IMG/VR virus record: IMGVR_UViG_3300008952_000039
Coordinates: 1,654 to 65,653 of that record
Length of the DNA stretch: 64,000 nt
Reading direction: 5' to 3' (one strand)
Source of the DNA: a virus
Lineage: Duplodnaviria; Caudoviricetes
Shown here: positions 53,420 to 62,313 of the stretch, piece by piece
Numbering within the stretch: position 1 is the stretch's first letter
Layout of the letters: every line of letters begins with the position of its first letter
Program-made: the position numbers and the translations under genes
Notes under the pieces: generated by a model
Database searches by the model: none
Told to the model about the DNA's origin: nothing
Seen by the model: only the letters and a program-made list of their open reading frames with translations

Positions 53420-54105
53420 AATAATCCTCCAATTTGGTATTGAAATGATTGGCGAAGGGCTTGTAACCCACCCCTCATCCAAATGTCATTGGGGTCTTTA
53501 CCCCCGAAAAAATTAATAATACGAGCATCTAAGCCAAGCTTTTTCAAAGCCCTCTCAGCAAAGAAAGACCCTTTTTTACCCACCTCATCATTGTCATAAA
53601 CAACGTATACAGTGTTGGGCTGCATTCGTTGGAGATAAGTAAGATGATAAGGAGTTAAAGAAGCCGTAACTGAGCAGAGAATGGCATCTGACTTCGGAAC
53701 CACCCACTCCATTGCATACAGATCAAAATGCCCCTCAACAAGCCACACAGACCCTCCTGACCATATCTTCTCTGCAATACCCTTGTGAGCTAACCAAACA
53801 GGATTCCACTCTGCTTGCGGAAGAAGATGCCTTGTAATCTTCTTCTCAGTAGTGGATCTGGCTTCAAACCCTAAAAGGTTTCCCTTTGGTGAATAGAGAG
53901 GACACACCAAAAACCCGTCCAATTTTTCACCACGAATTCCATATCTTCTACAAAAGATAGAGGAAGGGATATCAAAAGAAGGAGGTTCCCAAGTTACCTC
54001 TCCCATCTTCTCAAAAGATTCTCTCTTAGCCCCCCTTCTCAAAAGATAGCTTTCACAATCCTCTCTTAGAGACATCTCTGTTAAAGCTGTGTCCAACCAC
54101 CCCAT
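53410..54105 (-). CDS. DnaG-like primase Toprim protein lacking the zinc-binding domain
   Basis: YL..RG, G.LLGFEAR, WLVEGHFD, VVYDNDEVG, GKDPND. Confidence 0.75.
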   Translation of the reverse strand: MGWLDTALTEMSLREDCESYLLRRGAKRESFEKMGEVTWEPPSFDIPSSIFCRRYGIRGEKLDGFLVCPLYSPKGNLLGFEARSTTEKKITRHLLPQAEWNPVWLAHKGIAEKIWSGGSVWLVEGHFDLYAMEWVVPKSDAILCSVTASLTPYHLTYLQRMQPNTVYVVYDNDEVGKKGSFFAERALKKLGLDARIINFFGGKDPNDIWMRGGLQALRQSFQYQIGGLLWQ

Positions 54106-54695
54106 TAAAGATCCCCTGCCAGTGAGATACTGCGGCTGGCATTATGCACTAAAGCTATCAATTTAGACCCAAAAACATCCACAGAACCAATGTATGACCG
54201 ATCTTCAGGAAGAACAACAAAGACACCATCAGGAATCCAATCCGCTGTCCAAAGAGGAACATCAGGAAAACCCATCAAAATTTCTGAGGATCTTAGAAAC
54301 TCACACTGATCCCCTGTCTGACGGGAACATAAAATTTCAACCTTTTCAAAGCCATAAAACCTCACATATTCTATGGCTTTAATTAAACCCTCACAGGTAT
54401 AGGGTTGAATATTTCCCCACTCCAAATGCTTACCAGCATCAAAAATAGCCAGTATTATCTCACGATAAAGGGTTTCTAACGAAGCTATACGAGAGGCGCA
54501 GCGAACCAATTGAAGGGTTCCTATATTCATTGTTGGTTCTGTCACCCATAAAAGGGATCTGGTTGTTGTAACCAAGTAAGGGGAGGTACTTGAATTAACA
54601 GGGTACTCAGCCATTAAAGGAGCCTTCTCTCCCTTCACCCTACCTACTCGTAGTAATTGGTCGCTCACTTCCCACCCCACAAACGTGACCACCAA
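54105..54695 (-). CDS. Hypothetical protein
   Basis: Contiguous in the operon. The start may be at about 54668. Confidence 0.6.
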   Translation of the reverse strand: MVVTFVGWEVSDQLLRVGRVKGEKAPLMAEYPVNSSTSPYLVTTTRSLLWVTEPTMNIGTLQLVRCASRIASLETLYREIILAIFDAGKHLEWGNIQPYTCEGLIKAIEYVRFYGFEKVEILCSRQTGDQCEFLRSSEILMGFPDVPLWTADWIPDGVFVVLPEDRSYIGSVDVFGSKLIALVHNASRSISLAGDL

Positions 54696-55294
54696 GTACT
54701 GCTTTCTTTCAAGACCTCTCGTTCAGTGTTCGATTTAGCTATCTGTTCCAATAGATCGGATTTCTCATCTTCGATAATTCGGAAGTTTTCTTCCAAGGAG
54801 CGGAGTCTTTCTTCCAAGCTTAGAGAGGCTTCTTTCAATTCTACATTACTTTTCACAAGCCTCTCATTTTCACTTTGCAAAGCATCCTCTCTTTCAAGAC
54901 CTTCAAAAGTCTTTCCCATATCTTCATCCAGTAATTGAAATACCCACATCAAAGCAGCCATATCGGGGTATCGGCTGGCAATTAGGGCAGTGTTAGCTTC
55001 GGATAGGAAGGAATTGAATTCCCCTTTCAAAACGCTTTTATCTTTGTTTGGGCAGAAGAGGGCGCAATTCTTTGCCTTTAGCACACCTCCAAATCTTCGA
55101 TCACAAAGCTCTCCTTTTGGAGAGCCAGAAGCTTCGTATCCACAAAGATAAACATGAACACCATCATCAGAGAAAACCTGCTCATTATGGGCGCAATTCT
55201 TTGGGTCAGGACGAAGTTGGGTGTCCAAAAACTTATGGAGATGCCGTACCCTCACTTGCCGTAGCTTATGTTTTAGCTTCCCCTTTATTGTCAT
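54665..55294 (-). CDS. Hypothetical Cys-rich plus coiled-coil protein
   Basis: 209 aa ending in WWSRLWG. Confidence 0.65.
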   Translation of the reverse strand: MTIKGKLKHKLRQVRVRHLHKFLDTQLRPDPKNCAHNEQVFSDDGVHVYLCGYEASGSPKGELCDRRFGGVLKAKNCALFCPNKDKSVLKGEFNSFLSEANTALIASRYPDMAALMWVFQLLDEDMGKTFEGLEREDALQSENERLVKSNVELKEASLSLEERLRSLEENFRIIEDEKSDLLEQIAKSNTEREVLKESSTWWSRLWGGK

Positions 55295-55830
55295 TACTTC
55301 AACCCATATTTTTCCAACAAATAATTGGCATCTTGATAGTGGAAATCAGAACCAAGAATGTTGTGTATAGAAACTGTTTTGCCAAGTTTGTGCTTCAATT
55401 CATCGTAGAAAACCAAAATCTGATTGTGTACGGAAATTTCACCACGAAGGAACAATACCCCTGTTGAGGTCACCCGATACTCGCTTTTTTGTACTCTCTC
55501 AACAAAGCCCCAAAATTTCAACAAAGAATACTGTCTGGCTTTCAATATCCACTTTGGACAATTACTGGTCACCGTGGAGACTGTTCTTGAAGGGGAAAGT
55601 TGAGCCTTTTGATATAACCAAACCAAACTATCTACAATGGTCGGAGTTAAAGCATAGGGGTGGCATTTTAGGGTGCGAGTACAGATAGCACAAACGTCAA
55701 GATCACAACCAACATCCTCACCCCTATGATATCTTCGTACCAACTCCCGATACTCACCAATCGTCATATCATCGGTAATTTTAATAGTATCATCGCCACC
55801 TTGATCAAAAGAAAAATCAAATGACATCAT
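55294..55830 (-). CDS. Hypothetical protein, possible winged-helix DNA-binding domain
   Basis: CxxC followed by LKFWGFVE....YRVT..G..FL. Confidence 0.6.
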   Translation of the reverse strand: MMSFDFSFDQGGDDTIKITDDMTIGEYRELVRRYHRGEDVGCDLDVCAICTRTLKCHPYALTPTIVDSLVWLYQKAQLSPSRTVSTVTSNCPKWILKARQYSLLKFWGFVERVQKSEYRVTSTGVLFLRGEISVHNQILVFYDELKHKLGKTVSIHNILGSDFHYQDANYLLEKYGLK

Positions 55831-56483
55831 TTCTCCCTAATGAAATGTGCCTCTCCACCTCTCTTCTGAATGCGATAAGCACTATCCGCAGCCTCTACTA
55901 AAGAAGGATTGTGGGTAACAAGAAGAACATCCATATCCAACCTTTTACACATAAGAGATAAGAATTTTCCCATATTGTGAACATAATTCTCATCAAAAGC
56001 TGGAAGGCTTTCATCCAACAATAGAAGAGGTCGCATTTCCCTACGAAGTAGTACAATCATCCTCATAAGGATGGATTGAACCGTTGACACGGCTCCACCA
56101 AAGGAATCTGAAGAGGAGCCTTTAATTACAGTACCATCATCCTTCGTATGCTCAGTTATCAACTCAACAGAAACTTTCCCCCTACTAACTGAAACCTCCG
56201 AAGTGACAGAAAGAGTTTGATCATCAAAGACAGTGGAAAGACCTTCTGATAAAAGACTTTCCACTGCACGAACCCCCTCCATTATTTCAAGATCAATTAG
56301 CTGTCGAAATAGCTCCCCTGTCTGAGCAATAAGAACACTATCCGCTTCCAAGCCCTCAATTTCTACTATGAGTCTGGAAATCCTCTTCTCAAGATCCGCT
56401 TTCAACGCTAAGGTCTGATCCACAGTAGTCTTTAGAGAAGATATGCTTGGAAGCGGAGTCATTTCTGTCACTATTTCATCCAA
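55827..56483 (-). CDS. sbcC: Rad50/SbcC ATPase, C-terminal half
   Basis: Coiled coil, ABC-signature-like SFGG, Walker B LLLLDES, D-loop AFD, H-loop LLVTH. No Walker A. Confidence 0.85.
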   Translation of the reverse strand: MDEIVTEMTPLPSISSLKTTVDQTLALKADLEKRISRLIVEIEGLEADSVLIAQTGELFRQLIDLEIMEGVRAVESLLSEGLSTVFDDQTLSVTSEVSVSRGKVSVELITEHTKDDGTVIKGSSSDSFGGAVSTVQSILMRMIVLLRREMRPLLLLDESLPAFDENYVHNMGKFLSLMCKRLDMDVLLVTHNPSLVEAADSAYRIQKRGGEAHFIREK

Positions 56484-57598
56484 GACAACATAGAAACATA
56501 ATTATTGGTTCCATCTGAAGCATCCAATCGACAAAGACCACTTTGGTTCTTCTTCGTTATTCCAATCTCCACCTTATCTTCCTTTATGGTAGATAGGATC
56601 ATTTCAAGGTGTTTGTAATTTAAAACAAATTCACCAACACCTTCTTCTTGAGTAGTGGTTTGAGTGGTTTCCAGATCAAGGAAAGTATGACCACCATCCG
56701 GGCCAGCTACAGCCATTCCCAATGAAACATTGTCAGTGTCCTTAGTACGGAAAGTTAATTTCACATCCTCAAAAGGTGCGCCAGATCGAAGGAAAAGCAT
56801 AGCATTTCTCAACTCTTTGGTGTCCATCACCCACTGATGATCTGTTGGATCTTCCATTCCAATCTTAATCTTTGGGAAGGAATGATTATCACGGGCCTCA
56901 CCAAGCATAGAACCGTCAATCCCTTTGTAGAGAATGAAGTTAGAGTGTTCCAAAACCACAATCTCATTGTCCTCAAACAGATTAAGATAAGACACCAAAG
57001 AATTTACATTCTTACCATTTACTCTGAGAGTGTTTTCAGGTGGAAAATCCTCAATCTCAACAACACTAAAAACACCAGTACTCGCTGCCAAAAGAAGACC
57101 CTCTCTGGCTTCCGTAACGCAGAATGCTGGTCGCTTTGTATCGTCTGTGGAGATGAATTTACGAACATGAGAAAATGCATGTGAAAGAGTATCCGCAGAG
57201 ATTTTAGCTGTCTCCGTAGCCTCTTCAACTACATCATCCCAATATGGAAAATGAGTGGGATCTAAGGAACGAAAAGTCTGTGTTCCTTTATTAGCTTTTG
57301 CCTTCGTCGTTGCTGTCTCTGCATCAAAAGAAAGAGTTAAAGCACAATCCGAAACAGAAGATAACCACAGTTTCAATCGCTTTGCTTCAACCGTAAAAGC
57401 TGTCTGTTCTCCTGTTGCAGTACAGGCTTTAATTGGACTGCTGCTAAACAACCTCCCACTATAAGATAAAACCTCAACCGCATTTCCCGTATTGCGAAAT
57501 ACAAAGTGGGTTGAGATATCTGCCCCACCAGAACCCACCGTGTTGGAACACACCAGCAGAGCATTTTCAAGATCATTTTTAGATACAGTAATTTCCAT
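56471..57598 (-). CDS. dnaN: DNA polymerase III beta sliding clamp
   Basis: 375 aa. MEITVSK.DL..AL, .FP, FISTDDTKRP.F, FP, F.LNYK.L. Three-domain length and co-located with dnaX. Confidence 0.8.
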   Translation of the reverse strand: MEITVSKNDLENALLVCSNTVGSGGADISTHFVFRNTGNAVEVLSYSGRLFSSSPIKACTATGEQTAFTVEAKRLKLWLSSVSDCALTLSFDAETATTKAKANKGTQTFRSLDPTHFPYWDDVVEEATETAKISADTLSHAFSHVRKFISTDDTKRPAFCVTEAREGLLLAASTGVFSVVEIEDFPPENTLRVNGKNVNSLVSYLNLFEDNEIVVLEHSNFILYKGIDGSMLGEARDNHSFPKIKIGMEDPTDHQWVMDTKELRNAMLFLRSGAPFEDVKLTFRTKDTDNVSLGMAVAGPDGGHTFLDLETTQTTTQEEGVGEFVLNYKHLEMILSTIKEDKVEIGITKKNQSGLCRLDASDGTNNYVSMLSWMK

Positions 57599-57865
57599 CT
57601 ATTCCTCCAGAAATTTCGTTAAAGACTGTTCAAGAGACTCTACATCAGCCACAAACTGATCAACAGCAGCCTCATATTTTTGAGATAATTCTTCTATTAT
57701 GGTACTCAGGTTCTCTGGCTCTAATCCTCGTTTCCTACAAGAATTCTCTACTCTTGTAAGGTTGGTTTGAGCCACCTCCAATTTCCCCTTCAGCTTTTGA
57801 AGATCAGATTCCAGTGTCTTCCTCTTTTTTAACGCTGATTGTAATTTTTGATGAGCAGTAGTCAT
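57599..57865 (-). CDS. Small coiled-coil hairpin protein (possible Rad50 arm segment)
   Basis: 88 aa. Two heptad helices separated by a RG.EP turn. Confidence 0.65.
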   Translation of the reverse strand: MTTAHQKLQSALKKRKTLESDLQKLKGKLEVAQTNLTRVENSCRKRGLEPENLSTIIEELSQKYEAAVDQFVADVESLEQSLTKFLEE

Positions 57866-57921
57866 ATTATCCCTATGTGTTTCCTATACAGGAAAGAGCC
57901 AAACTGAAAGAAATGAAATGA

Positions 57922-58830
57922 TTAAAAATCTAAATCTTTTATTCCATCAAAAGTATCCGAAGATGTCTTATTGGGATTTTTCTTCTTAGAATTTGCTGAT
58001 TTCTGCTGTTTACGGGGTGGGCAAACCTCCGCATAATCACAGAATTTGCATACTTTAGGGCTTGGGGTAGCTTGAAACTTCTCTTTATGAATTCCCTTAG
58101 AGACTGCTACTGCTCGTTCTGCCAATGCTCTAAGATCATTATGTTCCCAAGGTATCCAATCTACACCCTGCTCTACACCATCCCCAATAGGAGTACCGTA
58201 GGGGTATCTGTAATAAACAAAGCCCAAGCGGTCAGGTTTCACATTGTGGCTCAAATAGAAACACAGCGCATACCACTTAAGCTGATCAGGATCTGTATAC
58301 TTCCCTTTGTGCTTGCTATTCTTTCCGTCCAAAATGGTAATGCCAGTATCATCTCTACGAATGATGATGTCAGCCCTGCCACCTATTGGTGTATACTGAT
58401 TCACATATCCAACTAAATTCACTTCAGATTTTGAGTACGGGCCAAGAAGTTTATTAGCCTTCAAGGTCTTTAAGAACCCCAAGACACCATCCATACAGAC
58501 TTCCAACATCTCTTGTCTGGTCGGGGATACTTTGTAATCTATATACTTCTTTGAGACTGTATAATTAAATTCCTTCTCTACAATCTCCTTCATCTTGATC
58601 TTCAAATCGTGAGGGGATCTCCACAACTCCTCATTGTAGAGCTTTTCAATTGCATCCCCAATAACGATACCCATTACAGCATGATGATAGGAGGACTGTT
58701 CCAGTACTGGCTTAGGTCTTCCATCACCACCACCAACATCGTGACCCGGCCAACCACAATACCAAAGAAATTTCTGTGGACATTCTTCATACCTACGAAA
58801 GTTAGTCCAGTAAAGAGTATATTTCCTCAT
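57922..58830 (-). CDS. PD-(D/E)XK nuclease, RecB/AddB/Cas4-like, with Fe-S cysteines
   Basis: N-terminal CP, G...D, SE, GRADII..ILDGK, QL.WY and C..C.Y...C. Confidence 0.85.
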   Translation of the reverse strand: MRKYTLYWTNFRRYEECPQKFLWYCGWPGHDVGGGDGRPKPVLEQSSYHHAVMGIVIGDAIEKLYNEELWRSPHDLKIKMKEIVEKEFNYTVSKKYIDYKVSPTRQEMLEVCMDGVLGFLKTLKANKLLGPYSKSEVNLVGYVNQYTPIGGRADIIIRRDDTGITILDGKNSKHKGKYTDPDQLKWYALCFYLSHNVKPDRLGFVYYRYPYGTPIGDGVEQGVDWIPWEHNDLRALAERAVAVSKGIHKEKFQATPSPKVCKFCDYAEVCPPRKQQKSANSKKKNPNKTSSDTFDGIKDLDF

Positions 58831-58872
58831 CCTCTACCTCTATGATTGCCAATACAATACCCATAAACAACC

Positions 58873-59865
58873 TTAGAGGTTTTCCAAATACCAGATCGCC
58901 TTCTCTTTAACATCTGAGGAAATACCAGATAAACTGCGAACCGTGTCTAAAACAGATCCCTTCTCACCTTTCACTGACAGGCTCTCTTTAATACTCTCTG
59001 CGAATTTCTCCATTGTGAAATTTGTGGCTTCTTTCTTCGCCTTCCTCTCCAAGTCAAAAACTTCTTCTGAGGGTTTAATCTCCAAATCCAAACGCTCTAT
59101 AAGTACCCCATCCAAAGAGAAGTCCAAAAGAATTGGGGTTGGAATTCTATCCATATTATCCTGTGTAAGAGATCCCCTTGTAAGAGATCCTACATTCACA
59201 ATCGTCTTATCACCGATCTTGGTAATTCCCTGATCCTGATGCCAATGTCCAAACATCCAAACATCAGGATCAAGATCCGCAAGGTCTGAGTACTTGATAA
59301 TATCCTCATTCTCAAACATCGTACCCCCCTTTGAAGAGGCTAAAACGTGAGCTACCACAACCAGATAATCTTCTTTCCCTTTCTTAATTGAAGTGAACCG
59401 CTCCATATCATATTCGGTTCCGTGGTAAGGGATACCAACAACCCTTACAACCATCTCTTCCTCAAACCCCAACTCATTCACTGAGATCCCTGTGATAAGG
59501 GCTTCGTGTTCATCATAAAGCCTCTTAAAGCATCCAGAAGAAAAAAGAACACCAAGGGGCTGTTGGTGGAGATAGGAATAATCACCATAGACACAATCAT
59601 GGTTCCCAACATTGGCATATGTTGGACAGGGGTATTCATTATGTAGCTCTATGACCTCTCTAACAAGAGAATGACTATTTCTGGTGGGTGATTTTATATC
59701 AAAGAAGTCACCCCCATCTATCACAGCATGGGCTTTGTGCTGAGAGGCAAGCTCCCCTACTCTACGGAGTTTTTTTAGCACCGTATCTTTCCAGTTATCT
59801 GTTCTGGAAGATGGAGATTTATCACTCAGATGAACATCAGTTCTCCAAATCAGTTTCACATTCAT
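58873..59865 (-). CDS. sbcD: Mre11/SbcD nuclease (metallophosphoesterase)
   Basis: DVH, GDFFD, GNHD, AH, GHWH and NVGSL motifs. Confidence 0.9.
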   Translation of the reverse strand: MNVKLIWRTDVHLSDKSPSSRTDNWKDTVLKKLRRVGELASQHKAHAVIDGGDFFDIKSPTRNSHSLVREVIELHNEYPCPTYANVGNHDCVYGDYSYLHQQPLGVLFSSGCFKRLYDEHEALITGISVNELGFEEEMVVRVVGIPYHGTEYDMERFTSIKKGKEDYLVVVAHVLASSKGGTMFENEDIIKYSDLADLDPDVWMFGHWHQDQGITKIGDKTIVNVGSLTRGSLTQDNMDRIPTPILLDFSLDGVLIERLDLEIKPSEEVFDLERKAKKEATNFTMEKFAESIKESLSVKGEKGSVLDTVRSLSGISSDVKEKAIWYLENL

Positions 59866-60005
59866 AGAAATAACTCCTCTTCATTAGGGTCAGGAGCACC
59901 CTTCTTCCATCTCCTCTGATGATATAGATAAGACAAAATTGAAAACAAGACCAAAAAAAGAACAAGAGTACAGGCTGAGAATAGGAAAAATTGTAGAAAG
60001 CTCAT
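59862..60005 (-). CDS. 47-aa single-pass membrane microprotein (below the ORF-track cutoff)
   Basis: MSFLQFFLFSACTLVLFLVLFSILSYLYHQRRWKKGAPDPNEEELFL. TGATG overlap upstream and ATGA overlap downstream. Confidence 0.7.
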   Translation of the reverse strand: MSFLQFFLFSACTLVLFLVLFSILSYLYHQRRWKKGAPDPNEEELFL

Positions 60006-61291
60006 CATTCCTCCCAAAATTCCTTTTCCACAAAGGAAACTGGTTGTGCGGTTCCTTTAGACCATACCCACATTGGTTCAGCAGTCTTATTTGCTTCCGA
60101 CACTAAATTCTCATCAAGGGAAGAAACATCATGGTTACTCCCATATCTCTTTGCCAATTCATATCCAATAACCCCCTCATACTTCGCATCTGGTAATTGA
60201 GAAATGAATTCATTCATTGGGTGGCAGAGCTTGTAGTACCTCTGCTGAGATAACACATCTGCTATGTTCACAATCAATCTCCCACCTACCCGTAGTGAAT
60301 TCCAACAGGTAGTCAGAGAGGGGTATAAAAAAGAGGACAGCCAAGAAGATAGGTTTTTCCCATACCGTTTCCACGACTGTGTGTCCTCTTCACAGTATCT
60401 TTCAGTAAAGAAATACGGAGGCGAAGTAAAAACCAGATCAAAGTACTCTCCAAACTCTGATAGATCTATACTCTCTGCTGGTTGACAAAAGAAAGTGGTC
60501 TTCTTTTGCCCACCATAGAAATCCACCTGATTTTGGTATCCAGAATGTAAAGCAGAATTGGGATCTATACCAACATATTCCTTTGCATTGCTGGCATAGA
60601 ACCCTGCAAGCCGATCTCCCCAACCAGACGAAAAGTCTAAAACCCGTTCCCCACCAAAGATATCATAAATAGCCTTTGCTGATGCTGGTCGAAACTGGCT
60701 GGCAAGGTAGCCTCTGGCTCGTATTAGGGAGCCGCAAACATTCTTATTGATCCCCTTAAAGCCACCCAATGACCATAATGGCCCCCACATAGAGGTTCTG
60801 GATCTTCTCTCTGTCCACATTCTCCACGGAGAGACATATCTCTCATGTCCACATTTCATCCTAACAGTCTGTTGAAAAAAATCACTGGCTTTCAACCCAA
60901 CCGTATTTCTACGAAGAAGAACAGGATTTCCTTGATAGATGTAGTTCTTCCAAGAAGGGCTTCTCACCTTTTTACTATCCCATTCCACAAAAGAAAACTG
61001 AGAAGGGGAATCGACAAACCTTAATTTTTCATAGTCAGACCAAGCCATCTCTGAAGATATTTCTTTATAGGGGAATGGTAGAGAGTAGTCCTCTACTGCT
61101 CTGTTTAGTAGCTCCTTAATTTCTTTTTCTGAATATCGTTCATTAAGGTCAGACCATAAATAGGGTGGGATATGGAGATGCCCATCTTGTATTAAGTCCT
61201 TTGGTACAATTGGGCTTTTTGAATTCCCCTCGGCATCACCAGATAGAAATTCAAAAATATCCATTAGACATCCTGACCGCAGACAGGGCAT
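60005..61291 (-). CDS. SAM-dependent amino (N4-C/N6-A) DNA methyltransferase
   Basis: QFRP..AK, VLDFSSGWGDRL (motif I), YVGIDPN and FTSPPY (motif IV). The start is probably MDIFEF. Confidence 0.8.
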   Translation of the reverse strand: MPCLRSGCLMDIFEFLSGDAEGNSKSPIVPKDLIQDGHLHIPPYLWSDLNERYSEKEIKELLNRAVEDYSLPFPYKEISSEMAWSDYEKLRFVDSPSQFSFVEWDSKKVRSPSWKNYIYQGNPVLLRRNTVGLKASDFFQQTVRMKCGHERYVSPWRMWTERRSRTSMWGPLWSLGGFKGINKNVCGSLIRARGYLASQFRPASAKAIYDIFGGERVLDFSSGWGDRLAGFYASNAKEYVGIDPNSALHSGYQNQVDFYGGQKKTTFFCQPAESIDLSEFGEYFDLVFTSPPYFFTERYCEEDTQSWKRYGKNLSSWLSSFLYPSLTTCWNSLRVGGRLIVNIADVLSQQRYYKLCHPMNEFISQLPDAKYEGVIGYELAKRYGSNHDVSSLDENLVSEANKTAEPMWVWSKGTAQPVSFVEKEFWEE

Positions 61292-62313
61292 TCTCCGTGT
61301 TCTTCCAAACAGTCCAGAATTAAAGAAGACATTTCTTCCAGCCTCTGCTCAACTGAAGTAATATCCCCTTCTATCCCTGAAACTTCTTTTAGAGCAGTTT
61401 GGTATCTACCCTCCAAAGAAATTACTTCTTTGAGTTCTTCCTGTGAGGGGGCTGGCACTTCAGAAATTTGAATTCCATTAATTTCCGAAAGACTACTAAT
61501 TATCTCCCGTTCTTCTTTGATCTGTTTTTCCAAATCTTGAAGATCACGAATTTCAACCAACAAGGGCTTTATATGCTCCACCAAAGGAATCTCAATGGTT
61601 TCAACTGGGATCAGGTCCTGAACAACTTTTGATTGTGTCTGTATCTGACATCTAAATTCACAAAGCTCATTGTGAGAAACCAGCATCTCTGAAAGCTCCC
61701 TATGCCTATCTTCTAAAGAAGAAAACTCAGAAACAGCCTCTTCCAAACCTTCATATTGTTCTAAGTCACTTTCCAAGGTCAATCGATCTCCAGCCCTCAC
61801 CTTCAAGGTACTTTCAACCCCCCTCCTCTCCTTCTCAGAGGCTCGTAGGGCGGCATTAAGGTCACCAACCCGATCTATGTCTGCAACCACTTCAGCCATT
61901 ACAGAGGGAGGTAAATCAATCAAGAAAATCTGACCTGTAAACTGTGGAGCTATCTGGGGCCACAGTTCCCTATTAGATACCTTCAAGGGGGAAATGCCAA
62001 AGGCATCCAATTCTTTCGGCACTCCTCTCCCACTATGGATCGGTCCGTGTCCATTGATGAAATACCTTGGCTTGATTTTCTCACCTTTTTCCCAAACCAC
62101 AGAAGTGCCATCCTCAAAAGCCACTTCAACAGAACAGAATTCCTCACCATGTCTCACAAACGCAGATCCGGGGGTGTTTGTAAACACCCCCCGAATAGCT
62201 CTTTGTAGTGCAGTTTTCCCACTGTTGTTGGTTCCTGTAATGACAGTGAAACCATCTATCTCAACAGTAGCCTCTTTAATGGATTGGAAATTCTGGACTT
62301 TGACTTTAATCAT
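61264..62313 (-). CDS. sbcC: Rad50/SbcC ATPase, N-terminal half ending at the zinc hook
   Basis: VQNFQSI, Walker A GTNNSGKT, Q-loop region, long coiled coil, terminal CPVCGQ. Confidence 0.85.
   Translation of the reverse strand: MIKVKVQNFQSIKEATVEIDGFTVITGTNNSGKTALQRAIRGVFTNTPGSAFVRHGEEFCSVEVAFEDGTSVVWEKGEKIKPRYFINGHGPIHSGRGVPKELDAFGISPLKVSNRELWPQIAPQFTGQIFLIDLPPSVMAEVVADIDRVGDLNAALRASEKERRGVESTLKVRAGDRLTLESDLEQYEGLEEAVSEFSSLEDRHRELSEMLVSHNELCEFRCQIQTQSKVVQDLIPVETIEIPLVEHIKPLLVEIRDLQDLEKQIKEEREIISSLSEINGIQISEVPAPSQEELKEVISLEGRYQTALKEVSGIEGDITSVEQRLEEMSSLILDCLEEHGECPVCGQDV

Noticed and set aside
57922-58830. Cas4-like nuclease as evidence of a CRISPR-Cas system
   Set aside because: No array or other cas genes in the window. 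The recombination context fits a stand-alone AddB/RecB-like exonuclease.
59966-59976. CCTGTACT as another copy of the CCTGTATA promoter motif
   Set aside because: It lies inside the 47-aa coding microgene, about 100 nt from the next start, so it is probably coincidental.
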